A stretch of 46,857 nucleotides of DNA. It comes from an uncultured Nitrososphaerales archaeon. Lineage in GTDB: Archaea > Thermoproteota > Nitrososphaeria > Conexivisphaerales > UBA164. The translations under genes and the position numbers were made by a program. Every line of letters starts with the position of its first letter. Position 1 is the stretch's first letter. The DNA lies in contig CAYFFZ010000002.1 in the NCBI GenBank assembly GCA_964342655.1, positions 1-46,857 of the forward strand, read 5' to 3'. Of the stretch, positions 18,989 to 27,212 are shown piece by piece. Under the pieces are notes generated by a model. That model saw only the letters and a program-made list of their open reading frames with translations. It made no database searches and was not told the DNA's origin.

Positions 18989-20728
18989 ATGAAGGCAGTT
19001 GAAATTAGCAACTTGCGCGTTTCGTACGGTTTAGAATCAGAGCCCGCGCTTGACGGCATAAACCTTGAAATAGAAGAGGGGGAGTTTGTGCTTCTTGTTG
19101 GAAGGACAGGCTCAGGAAAGTCAACATTGCTTAATGCGATAAATGGTGTTATACCCCACGTAATTCAGGCAAGCATCGAGGGCTCTGTTAAGGTGTTTGG
19201 TGTAGAGACACAGGAAGCCGAGTTAAAGGAAATAACAAAATATGTTGGCACCGTGTATCAGGTTCCTGAAGATCAGATTTTTGCTCTTATAGTTGAAGAC
19301 GATGTAGCTTTTGGCCCTGAAAACATGGCGGTCCCTCCTGAAGAAATAGCCCGCAGGGTAGAATGGGCGCTTAAAGAAGTTAATCTTTGGGAACAAAGGA
19401 AAGCGCCAACTTTTCTGCTTTCAGGAGGGCAAAAACAAAGGCTCGTTATAGCTGGCGCGCTTGCAATGAGACCGAAACTTCTTATTTTGGATGAACCCAC
19501 TAGCATGCTCGATTCGCTTGGCACAGAAGAAGTTTTCAACACTCTAAGAAGACTGAGAGACGAATACGGGATAACGATAATAATGGCAGAGCACAAAGTA
19601 GAAAGGGTCTTGGGTTTAGTTGACAGGCTTGTCCTCATTCACAATAAGAAAATAGCAATAGATGCTCCAATAAGGGAGGCGCTTATGCGTAACATCGAAT
19701 CGTACGGCATTGAAGAACCTCAGATAGCGGCTATACATAAGATGGTGAACCCTACAGCTAAGATTGCGCCTTTAAACGTCGATGAATTTATAGATATGAA
19801 TAAGCCAGTTGTTGAAGGGCTTTGGGACAAAAAACTTCCGTTTATCGACCCCGATACGTTACTTTCAAACGAAACAGAAAACGTAATAGAATTTAACGAT
19901 GTATGGTTTAAGTATGAAAGAAGCAAAGAGTTCACATTAAAGGGTATAAACTTTACCGTCAAAAAAGGAGAAATCGCATCTATAATGGGACCTAACGGTT
20001 CTGGTAAAACTACAGCATTAAGAATTATAGCCGGGTTACAGAAACCTACACGAGGCAAAGTAGTGCTCAATGGGGCTGATATAGCAAAGCTTAACATGGC
20101 AAAAATAGCAAAGATTGTTGGATATGTCTTCCAGGATCCAGATCAGATGATCCTTAACACGACCGTTATGAGCGAAGTAACGTTTTCCCCTAGGTTAAGG
20201 GGGGAAAGCAAAGAAGAAGCCGAGAAAAAAGCGGAAGAGTTGCTCAGGATGTTTGGACTTTATTCTTATAAAGACACAAGCCCGCACATGCTAAGCGTTG
20301 GACAGAGAAGGCTTCTTACTCTTTGTAGCGTACTGATCAATAATCCAGCGATACTTTTGCTTGATGAGCCTACAAGAGGTTTGGACAAGCAAACCGGAGA
20401 AGAAATTTTATCGTATATAAAAGACCTCAATAAGAATTATAAAATAACGGTAATTATGGTTTCACACAACGTAAAGCAGGCGGCTGATTACAGTAATAAA
20501 GCAATAGTTTTCTATGATGGAAAAGTTGCTTACGAAGGAACACCTCGTGAAGCTTTTATTAGGGCTTCAGAGCACAAAGAATGGTCAGTTGTTCCACCCC
20601 AAGTGTTTCAACTGACTCATAAGTTAAGGATAAAGCCTCCAGCAGTAAAACTTAACGAAGTTTCTGCTCTCTTTGAAAGTATAGGAATAATAAAAAAGGA
20701 GAGTAGAAAAAGCGCGGTAGGTGAATAA
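18989..20728 (+). CDS. ECF/CbiO-type ABC ATPase, duplicated (fused A-A')
   Basis: Two complete ABC cassettes. Walker A GRTGSGKST and GPNGSGKTT, signatures LSGGQKQR and LSVGQRRL, Walker B LILDEPT and LLLDEPT. Confidence 0.92.
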   Translation: MKAVEISNLRVSYGLESEPALDGINLEIEEGEFVLLVGRTGSGKSTLLNAINGVIPHVIQASIEGSVKVFGVETQEAELKEITKYVGTVYQVPEDQIFALIVEDDVAFGPENMAVPPEEIARRVEWALKEVNLWEQRKAPTFLLSGGQKQRLVIAGALAMRPKLLILDEPTSMLDSLGTEEVFNTLRRLRDEYGITIIMAEHKVERVLGLVDRLVLIHNKKIAIDAPIREALMRNIESYGIEEPQIAAIHKMVNPTAKIAPLNVDEFIDMNKPVVEGLWDKKLPFIDPDTLLSNETENVIEFNDVWFKYERSKEFTLKGINFTVKKGEIASIMGPNGSGKTTALRIIAGLQKPTRGKVVLNGADIAKLNMAKIAKIVGYVFQDPDQMILNTTVMSEVTFSPRLRGESKEEAEKKAEELLRMFGLYSYKDTSPHMLSVGQRRLLTLCSVLINNPAILLLDEPTRGLDKQTGEEILSYIKDLNKNYKITVIMVSHNVKQAADYSNKAIVFYDGKVAYEGTPREAFIRASEHKEWSVVPPQVFQLTHKLRIKPPAVKLNEVSALFESIGIIKKESRKSAVGE

Positions 20729-20729
20729 G

Positions 20730-21164
20730 ATGAACAAGGACATTTTTACCTTAGCTGCCGTGGTAGCTATATTGCTCATAATTAGCGGCATTATATACCA
20801 GAACTATGTCACAACGCCTGAAGTATATGTTAAAGGCGTAAACCTGATAGTATATCAGCCACCAGGCGCAGGAGCAGTTATTGTGGGTCGCGTTTTGCAA
20901 CCGAGCTCAACATTTACTATAAAGGCGGATAGCTTTTTTGATTATGAACTAAACATAACCAATGATGGTAAGGTTCCAATCTATGTACAATCTGTTACAA
21001 CCAATACAACAGGTTTTGCTATACCTACAACATACCTTTCGGAATCTTTGCCTTTAGAAGTAACTCCTGGACAATCAAAAACTCTATACGTAACGGTAGC
21101 GACCCCTGCAGTTTCTTATTCAGGCCCTGTTAATATAATAGTTAAGGTAACTACTTCAAGCTAA
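20730..21164 (+). CDS. Membrane-anchored protein with an extracytoplasmic beta-sandwich (CARDB-like) domain
   Basis: N-terminal TM helix followed by a Thr/Val-rich beta pattern (NITNDGKVPIYVQSV...VTPGQSKTLYVTV). ATG 20730 lies 2 nt after the ATPase stop. The ORF track starts at GTG 20721. Confidence 0.6.
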   Translation: MNKDIFTLAAVVAILLIISGIIYQNYVTTPEVYVKGVNLIVYQPPGAGAVIVGRVLQPSSTFTIKADSFFDYELNITNDGKVPIYVQSVTTNTTGFAIPTTYLSESLPLEVTPGQSKTLYVTVATPAVSYSGPVNIIVKVTTSS

Positions 21165-21216
21165 TATTATTTATAAAAAATTTTATGTAAAAACGGCCAA
21201 AGCCAACAAAAGATCT

Positions 21217-21235
21217 GGACAGAAATATTTAAATA
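21217..21235 (+). promoter_or_regulatory. BRE/TATA-type promoter GGACAGAAATATTTAAATA
   Basis: TTTAAATA TATA box 32-39 nt before ATG 21267. 14 of the first 15 nt match the element at 18106. Confidence 0.6.
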
Positions 21236-21266
21236 CAATAAAATCTAATTAATTAAACGAAGCGAA

Positions 21267-21746
21267 ATGTCTGAAGAAGGACCTAAAGAACTTGAACTTC
21301 CGACAGGTTCACCTACAACATGGGCACTTTTTGCTCTAATAGTAGGGATACTGGACCTTATTACAATACCTTATGTAATGACGTTGAGTTATCACTACAA
21401 CTACTTAGTGGTCGAAGTAAACAGCGTTCTTGCACTGATAGTAATAATACTTGCCGCTGTAGACTATATGCAGAAAAAGAAAGGAAACAAAAGCATAGCG
21501 ATTCCAGTAATTCTGCTGATAATGGGGTTTATATTGTTCTTCCTTTATCCCCAAGCTTATTCAACACCATATATAATGCAATACCATCTCTATATTATAA
21601 ACACGGAAACATACCATCAACCATTTTATGTCTCAAATTATCATGCGAGAGACGCTCTCTGGGGCCTTAGCTTTGCATGGGGTTTGATGCTCTGGCTTTC
21701 AATGGCACTCGACATATATGTAATAAAGAAAGGACAGAATAAATAA
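21267..21746 (+). CDS. Four-TM membrane protein of unknown function inside the ECF cluster
   Basis: 159 aa with four hydrophobic segments, its own promoter and no recognisable motif. Confidence 0.55.
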   Translation: MSEEGPKELELPTGSPTTWALFALIVGILDLITIPYVMTLSYHYNYLVVEVNSVLALIVIILAAVDYMQKKKGNKSIAIPVILLIMGFILFFLYPQAYSTPYIMQYHLYIINTETYHQPFYVSNYHARDALWGLSFAWGLMLWLSMALDIYVIKKGQNK

Positions 21747-21840
21747 AACAACAAACTAAGATTCATTAATCTATTATTTTTTATAATGCTATAGAATTAT
21801 TCAGTCAATTTAAGGATGGTTCTAGCTTGCTCTAGTTGCC

Positions 21841-21859
21841 GAGAAAAATTTATATATAA
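21841..21859 (+). promoter_or_regulatory. BRE/TATA-type promoter GAGAAAAATTTATATATAA for the EcfT gene
   Basis: TTTATATATA box 25-34 nt before ATG 21883. Confidence 0.55.
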
Positions 21860-21882
21860 TTTTCCTTTAATTTCCATCGTAT

Positions 21883-22851
21883 ATGGAAGTAATAGAAGCA
21901 TGGGTATTGGCTATAGTTCTTATCACCATGGGTCCAGCTTTAACGATATACCTCATTTGGAAAATAATAGGTTTCAGGGGTTATATATCATTATTTCAGT
22001 TTGTTTCAGGCAAATCATTCCTATATAAGCTGGATCCAAGAACCAAAATTCTATTAGCTATAATACTGACAACCATAGGAGCCATGACTATATGGTGGAT
22101 CTCTGCAATATTTTTGATAGCCCTACTCCTTTTATATTTATGGACTACAGATCCTATAGCAAAATACAGGATAGTGATACCTCTTACTTTAGCTACTTTT
22201 ATAGGCACAGCATGGACAGAAGGAATGTTCACACCACCAGAAACACTGGCTGAACTTTTTGGAAGAGATACGTTCTTAATATTATTTCCAACAGCGTTTC
22301 AGGCTATAGGGGCTTATGGTTTTTCTATACAGGGTATATTCTACGGTTTGCAGATAGCGTTCAGGGCCTCAACAGGTATAGCGTCAGGTTTTCTTTTGGT
22401 TTTCACAAGCTCTCCCTCTGACATACTAATTTCTCTTGAAAAATCAAAGATACCTGTTGAGATAGGGTTTGGCCTAATTGTTGGTATAACTTCCATACCT
22501 AAAATACTAGAATCTACAATAACGATAACTGATGCCGCAAGATCTAGAGGCTTTGAATTTACCGGTGGTTTCGAAGGCAATATTACAAAATACCTGAAAA
22601 GGGCATGGGAGCAGACAAAACTGGTCATACTTATAGTAGCTTCGGTAGTTATCTGGACTCTGAGGTCTGCTGAAAATATTGCTATATCAGCAGACATAAG
22701 GGGGTTCAGGGCAATGCCAAAGAGGACCTATTATAATGAACCCAAGATAAGGAGGATAGACATAATTGCTATAATAATACTGCTGGCAATATTTGCTATT
22801 GGAATATACCTTTCAGGTGCAGGTTTTGGTCCATTGGCTTACAATCCTTAA
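21883..22851 (+). CDS. ECF transporter transmembrane (T) component, EcfT/CbiQ family
   Basis: 322 aa. SFLYKLDPRTKILL N-terminal motif and the AARSRGF coupling-helix motif of EcfT/CbiQ. Confidence 0.8.
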   Translation: MEVIEAWVLAIVLITMGPALTIYLIWKIIGFRGYISLFQFVSGKSFLYKLDPRTKILLAIILTTIGAMTIWWISAIFLIALLLLYLWTTDPIAKYRIVIPLTLATFIGTAWTEGMFTPPETLAELFGRDTFLILFPTAFQAIGAYGFSIQGIFYGLQIAFRASTGIASGFLLVFTSSPSDILISLEKSKIPVEIGFGLIVGITSIPKILESTITITDAARSRGFEFTGGFEGNITKYLKRAWEQTKLVILIVASVVIWTLRSAENIAISADIRGFRAMPKRTYYNEPKIRRIDIIAIIILLAIFAIGIYLSGAGFGPLAYNP

Positions 22852-22942
22852 AAGAATTTTAGAAACCGATGCTTTTACACAAATATAACCGATAAGTGTT
22901 TAGTAAAAGCTTTATATAAAGTGAAGATCATAATAAGTTAGA

Positions 22943-23359
22943 TTGTCGTCTATAGTTGAAAAAAAGTATATTGAAGAACTTGCGTCGATAGTTGGAAAAA
23001 AGGTAAGGGTCTATACCGATGAAGGAGAAGTGGAGGGAACTCTTGTGGCAGTCGATCCCTCTCTAAATTTGATACTTGAAATGAAAGCTGAAACAACTAT
23101 AAGAATCGTTTACTCTTCAAAGTCAGTTAAAAAGATAACGCTGCTCGAGGAACTTTTTGACCTTAAAGGACTAGCTGATAGGCTCAACAGGGTCTTCCCG
23201 AACATGGTTAAGTTACGTGAAGATATAGGGGCAATAATAGTAATGGACAAGATAAAGGTTACAAAAAGCGGTGTTGTGGAAGGCACTGGGCCTTCAGCTG
23301 AAAAGGCAAAACAGGTTTATGAAGCTTACCTTCAGGAACTGAGGGCTAAAAAAGAATAG
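22943..23359 (+). CDS. Sm-like (LSm) domain protein with a C-terminal extension
   Basis: GKKVRVYTDEGEVEGTLVAVDPSLNLILE fits the Sm1 motif, and SVKKITLL is Sm2-like. About 70 further residues follow. TTG start 23-32 nt after a TTTATATAAA box. Confidence 0.6.
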   Translation: MSSIVEKKYIEELASIVGKKVRVYTDEGEVEGTLVAVDPSLNLILEMKAETTIRIVYSSKSVKKITLLEELFDLKGLADRLNRVFPNMVKLREDIGAIIVMDKIKVTKSGVVEGTGPSAEKAKQVYEAYLQELRAKKE

Positions 23360-23366
23360 AACAGGC

Positions 23367-24557
23367 TCAGAAAAGTATATCCTCTATTTCCCACGGTACT
23401 TTAAACTGTAAAATCTTTTTCTTTTCTCCGTTTATATTAGCCACTTTTTCTAGGTCTTTGCCCTGAGCATTAAGATACGCCTTCATCATGAAGAACCAAG
23501 GAGAAGGGGGCAGCTCAGAACCTTCTTCAAGCTCAACCGTTATCATTCTTGTAGTCTCATCATATTTGATCTCCCCGTTATTTATGTCGGTCTTTATGAG
23601 CTCTACAAAAGCGGGCAGTGCTGATCTGGCTTCAGCTTCAAAAATGCTTGTTTTGGTTTTATAGCTTTCAAGCATTTTATAAGAAATCTTTTTTAGCTCT
23701 TCTTCATCTAGTGTTTTGAGCGCGTTGTAGAAAAATATTCTGTAAGCATCGCTTTCGACCTTTAAGTTTATTAGATCTTCTGAAAACCCGGAGTGTAAGA
23801 ACTTTATGTATTCTTTGAGTTCAAGCGAGCCTTTAAAGCTTTCAATCAGCGCGTTGTTTATTATTAGCTTTACTATGTACGGCTGAATTATAACAGTAGA
23901 GGCCCCAGTTTCTGGATTATGAATCAAGAAAATTTCTTCATCAACAGCAACCATGCCCTTCTGATCCGGAATTTTACCAACTTTAATTGGAAGGTCAAGC
24001 GAGACAGCTTCATTGATCATGTCTTCATCGTTGTAAGGTATCATCACATTCAGGTTAACCTCTGCGAGCATCAACGACATCAACTGTTTCTCGTGCTTTT
24101 TTAACAACTGAAATATCTGCTGGTCTGCTATTACGTAAAGGCTGTACCTAGCCCTTTTAAGAAAATCGTTAAAAACGTTGTCCAGGGCATCTTCACCCAA
24201 TATCTGAAGGTTCCCTTTTAGTTGCGTAATCCCGTTTTTCTGGCTTAGTTCCTTTACTTCGTTTATCAAGCTTTTTACCTCTTTGTACTTCCTTTCTTCT
24301 TCAGCCAATATAGTTTCAAAAGGTTCAGGATTAGCTGTAACGGAAAACTTTTTTGGGCTTCCGTAAGCTTCTACAAGCTGCTTTTTAATAAGCCCCTTAA
24401 TCGCTTCGTATATCTTTGTCCTTGGAACCCCCGAGTGAAGCGCAAGCTCACTGGCATAGAGAGGTCCCTTTGTCAGAAGCGTCAAGTAAACCTTTGATTC
24501 GTATTCAGTAAACCCTAGCTCCATTAGCTTAAGAATCAGCTTAGAGTATTCAGACAT
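23367..24557 (-). CDS. TrmB-family winged-helix transcription regulator with a large C-terminal domain
   Basis: The N-terminus LGFTEYESKVYLTLLTKGPLYASELALHSGVPRTKIYEAIKGLIKKQLV is a canonical TrmB wHTH. A coiled-coil segment and about 280 further residues follow. Confidence 0.8.
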   Translation of the reverse strand: MSEYSKLILKLMELGFTEYESKVYLTLLTKGPLYASELALHSGVPRTKIYEAIKGLIKKQLVEAYGSPKKFSVTANPEPFETILAEEERKYKEVKSLINEVKELSQKNGITQLKGNLQILGEDALDNVFNDFLKRARYSLYVIADQQIFQLLKKHEKQLMSLMLAEVNLNVMIPYNDEDMINEAVSLDLPIKVGKIPDQKGMVAVDEEIFLIHNPETGASTVIIQPYIVKLIINNALIESFKGSLELKEYIKFLHSGFSEDLINLKVESDAYRIFFYNALKTLDEEELKKISYKMLESYKTKTSIFEAEARSALPAFVELIKTDINNGEIKYDETTRMITVELEEGSELPPSPWFFMMKAYLNAQGKDLEKVANINGEKKKILQFKVPWEIEDILF

Positions 24558-24622
24558 GAAAGAGAATTATAAGAATAAAGTTTTATCATAAAAAGATGAA
24601 ACCTTTTGACAAAATCCTCAAA

Positions 24623-24662
24623 TTTTTGTCACTAGCAGAAGGTGTACCTTAAGTGACAAAAA
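24623..24662. promoter_or_regulatory. Candidate operator: perfect 11-nt inverted repeat TTTTTGTCACT-N18-AGTGACAAAAA
   Basis: It lies between the divergent TrmB-family and ESCRT-III genes, just upstream of the cdvB-like TATA tract. A third TGACAAAA copy sits at 24607-24614. Confidence 0.5.
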
Positions 24663-24682
24663 GGTACGGTTACAGCAACATC

Positions 24683-24694
24683 ATATTTTATTTT
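24683..24694 (+). promoter_or_regulatory. TATA-like tract ATATTTTATTTT for the ESCRT-III gene
   Basis: It is centred about 26 nt before ATG 24713, the spacing expected for a leaderless transcript. Confidence 0.4.
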
Positions 24695-24712
24695 TTCTTA
24701 CTAAAGGGTACA

Positions 24713-25354
24713 ATGAGCGACTTTGCTAAAAGATGGGATCAACCTGAAGGAGAAAGTTTAGGAAACAGGATAAAAGGAGCTGTTAGGCCCGAGGGGCCGC
24801 TAAAGCCAAGAATAGAACAGGCTGTGAGGCAGCTTCAGATACAGATAACAAAGCTCGACAACGCTTCAAACAGGCTTAAGGAAAAGGACACTCAGCTATT
24901 CCAGAAGATAGTAAACTATCTCCAGAAGCACGACTCAGACCACGCTACAGTATACGCTAACGAACTGGCGGAAATCAGAAAGATGTACAAGATGATAAAC
25001 CAGGCTAAGCTAGCCCTAGAGCAGATAGTTACAAGGCTTACCACTGTAACAGACCTAGGAGACGTAGTTGTTACTCTAGCCCCAGCAATGGCTGTAATAA
25101 AGAGCGTAAGGTCAGGACTGATGCAGGTAATGCCGTCAGCAGAACAGGAAATATCAGAAATATCTTCGTTGCTAAGCAGCATATTGGTAGATGCTGGACA
25201 GCTTACTGGATCTACGCTGAACTTCGAAGCTGCGAACGAAGACGCAGAGAAGATACTGGCGGAAGCCAGTGCCTTAGCCGAAGCAAAGATGAAAGAGAAG
25301 CTGCCTGACCTCGGGTCTATCGGCCTTCCAGAAGGAGAAAAGCACCAGATTTAA
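24713..25354 (+). CDS. cdvB: ESCRT-III (CdvB/Snf7-family) protein lacking a C-terminal winged helix, with a MIM2-like tail
   Basis: Collinear with crenarchaeal CdvB (PLKPRIEQAVRQLQ..., ATVYANELAEIRKM, LAPAMAVIKSV...). The C-terminal KLPDLGSIGLPE resembles the CHMP6/CdvB MIM2 motif. The GTG 24653 extension in the ORF track overlaps the inverted repeat and is unlikely to be translated. Confidence 0.85.
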   Translation: MSDFAKRWDQPEGESLGNRIKGAVRPEGPLKPRIEQAVRQLQIQITKLDNASNRLKEKDTQLFQKIVNYLQKHDSDHATVYANELAEIRKMYKMINQAKLALEQIVTRLTTVTDLGDVVVTLAPAMAVIKSVRSGLMQVMPSAEQEISEISSLLSSILVDAGQLTGSTLNFEAANEDAEKILAEASALAEAKMKEKLPDLGSIGLPEGEKHQI

Positions 25355-25370
25355 GCATAACCTGAATAAT

Positions 25371-25398
25371 TCTATTTTTTCTTTTTGTTAATTTTTTA
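25371..25398 (+). terminator. Cluster of three oligo-T tracts after the cdvB-like gene
   Basis: TCTATTTTTTCTTTTTGTTAATTTTTTA begins 17 nt after the stop codon. Confidence 0.5.
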
Positions 25399-25447
25399 TG
25401 ACCTTTTCTGATAAATTGATCTCCGATCTAAAAACTGGTGTATTATT

Positions 25448-26023
25448 ATGAAGTTTAATATAAACCCCTTCAAGAAAAAGGAACCCGCTTTTAAAGACGC
25501 TTATCTTGAACTATCAAAATACAGAAACAATCTTCTAACTGTTATGTGGAGGATTAAAGTTAAAATAGACACGTTCAGCATAAGGGCTGAGAAAAGCAGA
25601 AGCCAAGAAGAGAGGGCCATATACGCTAAGGAAACAACGATACTTAAGCAGGTTTATGATGTGGTAGATAAGCTTGATGCGTTGCTCCTGAAAGTTATGC
25701 TCAGGCTTGACAGCTATAATGATTTAAGTTCAGTAATAGAATCTTTTAAGGAGACTAACAAAGCCATAGCTAAGTTAAAACCAGACCTTGACGCTCTATC
25801 AGAGGCTTATTCGACCCTCTTCGAGCAGCTCAGCGAAGCTAGCCAGTACTTTGGTACCATAACGGTTCAAGGTCAGCCGATACAGCTTTTCTCTGGAATG
25901 GACGCAGATAACATTCTTGAAGAAGCGGTAGAAAGGTCTTTGGAAATGGACAACGCAGAAGAAGAGCTCAAGAGCTTTCTTCTTAAGGCAGCAAGAGAAG
26001 GAGAATACGCAGAGATGATATAA
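25448..26023 (+). CDS. Divergent ESCRT-III/Snf7-like coiled-coil protein
   Basis: 191 aa. Basic N-terminus (NPFKKKEP), long helical heptad-like core and an acidic C-terminus ending in an amphipathic helix (EEELKSFLLKAAR). The stop lies 1 nt before the vps4 ATG. Confidence 0.55.
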   Translation: MKFNINPFKKKEPAFKDAYLELSKYRNNLLTVMWRIKVKIDTFSIRAEKSRSQEERAIYAKETTILKQVYDVVDKLDALLLKVMLRLDSYNDLSSVIESFKETNKAIAKLKPDLDALSEAYSTLFEQLSEASQYFGTITVQGQPIQLFSGMDADNILEEAVERSLEMDNAEEELKSFLLKAAREGEYAEMI

Positions 26024-26024
26024 A

Positions 26025-27197
26025 ATGAGTTATCAGGCAGCCCAAGAATTAGAAAGCCTTGCTGCGAAGTATGCAAGCGAAGCTATAAAATTAGACTCTC
26101 AGGGGAGCTATCCACAGGCAATACTGATGTATCAGAAAGCAATAGAAATGTTGATGAAGCTCATAAACCTGTACCCTAACTATCAGCTGAACCAGATATA
26201 CATGGAAAGGGCTCAAGCTTACAAACGCAGGATAGCTGAAATTCAGAGGATAAGGGGTTTGAACGATGGTGAAGCTGAAGAAGCGCCGACAACAAGCGGA
26301 GGCCGGGTAGAAACGCTCAGGGCCAATTTTGACGATCTGGTAATGAAAGAAAAGCCCGATGTAAAGTTCGATCAGGTTATAGGGTTAGATGAAGCTAAGA
26401 GGGCTCTTCAGGATGCTATCATATATCCTAACAAGAGACCAGACCTCTTTCCTTTAGGCTGGCCAAGAGGCATACTTCTTTACGGTCCTCCAGGATGTGG
26501 TAAAACGATGTTGGCTGCTGCTACCGCTGCAGAAATAGATGCTGTTTTTCTTTCTGTCGATGCAGCAAGCATAATGAGCAAGTGGCTCGGTGAAGCAGAA
26601 AAGAACGTTGCAAGGTTATTCCAGCAGGCAAGAGACATATCACAGCAAGAAGGGAAACCGGTAATTATATTTATAGATGAAGTAGATTCGCTCTTTGGCA
26701 CAAGGTCACAAGAAGTTGGAGGAGAAATAAGGGTCAGAAATCAGTTCCTAAAAGAAACGGATGGCATAAGCGAAAAAGGAAAGAAAACGCCCGTTTACAT
26801 TCTGGCAGCGACAAACAAGCCTTGGTCATTAGACCCGCCATTTTTGAGAAGGTTTGAAAAGAGAATATACGTGGGATTGCCTGTAATGGCGGCGCGTAAG
26901 AAAATGTTTGAGCTTTACACTGAACCATTATCTCTAGCTCCTGATGTTAAACTTGAAGAACTTGCAAAGCTTACTGAAGGTTATACCGGAAGCGATATAA
27001 AGGATATCGTACAGGCTGTTCAGCTTAACGTTGTAAGGGAGCTTTTTGAATCAGGAGAAGCATTAAAGCCCAACAGCAAACCAAGGCCCATTAACATGAA
27101 CGACTTCAAGACAGTGATAAAGCAGAGAAAACCAAGTGTAAGTCCAGAGATGGTCATGGCTTACCTGAAGTGGAGCGAAAGCTTTAAGGCTTTATAG
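26025..27197 (+). CDS. cdvC: Vps4/CdvC AAA+ ATPase with an N-terminal MIT domain
   Basis: MIT-like three-helix N-terminus (AAKYASEAIKLDSQGSYPQAILMYQKAIEML...). Walker A GPPGCGKT, Walker B IIFIDEVD, and SRH region ATNKPWSLDPPFLRRF. Confidence 0.92.
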   Translation: MSYQAAQELESLAAKYASEAIKLDSQGSYPQAILMYQKAIEMLMKLINLYPNYQLNQIYMERAQAYKRRIAEIQRIRGLNDGEAEEAPTTSGGRVETLRANFDDLVMKEKPDVKFDQVIGLDEAKRALQDAIIYPNKRPDLFPLGWPRGILLYGPPGCGKTMLAAATAAEIDAVFLSVDAASIMSKWLGEAEKNVARLFQQARDISQQEGKPVIIFIDEVDSLFGTRSQEVGGEIRVRNQFLKETDGISEKGKKTPVYILAATNKPWSLDPPFLRRFEKRIYVGLPVMAARKKMFELYTEPLSLAPDVKLEELAKLTEGYTGSDIKDIVQAVQLNVVRELFESGEALKPNSKPRPINMNDFKTVIKQRKPSVSPEMVMAYLKWSESFKAL

Positions 27198-27212
27198 TTT
27201 TCAAATAAAAGC

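Noticed and set aside
19273-20097. Two minus-strand ORFs (19273-19638 and 19720-20097) opposite the ECF ATPase
   Set aside because: They are antisense shadows of a gene with two complete ABC cassettes and have Ser/Leu-rich nonsense-like composition.
21320-22232. ORFs 21320-21670, 21816-22028, 21996-22232 and 22341-22697, which overlap the 4-TM gene and ecfT
   Set aside because: They are out-of-frame or antisense to longer ORFs with membrane-protein periodicity. ORF 21816 would begin upstream of the TATA box that fits ecfT.
24653-24712. GTG-initiated 20-codon N-terminal extension of the CdvB-like ORF in the supplied track
   Set aside because: The extension overlaps the inverted-repeat operator and the TATA-like tract, and it encodes a hydrophobic junk-like peptide (YSNIIFYFFLL). 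ATG 24713 gives an N-terminus consistent with CdvB homologs.
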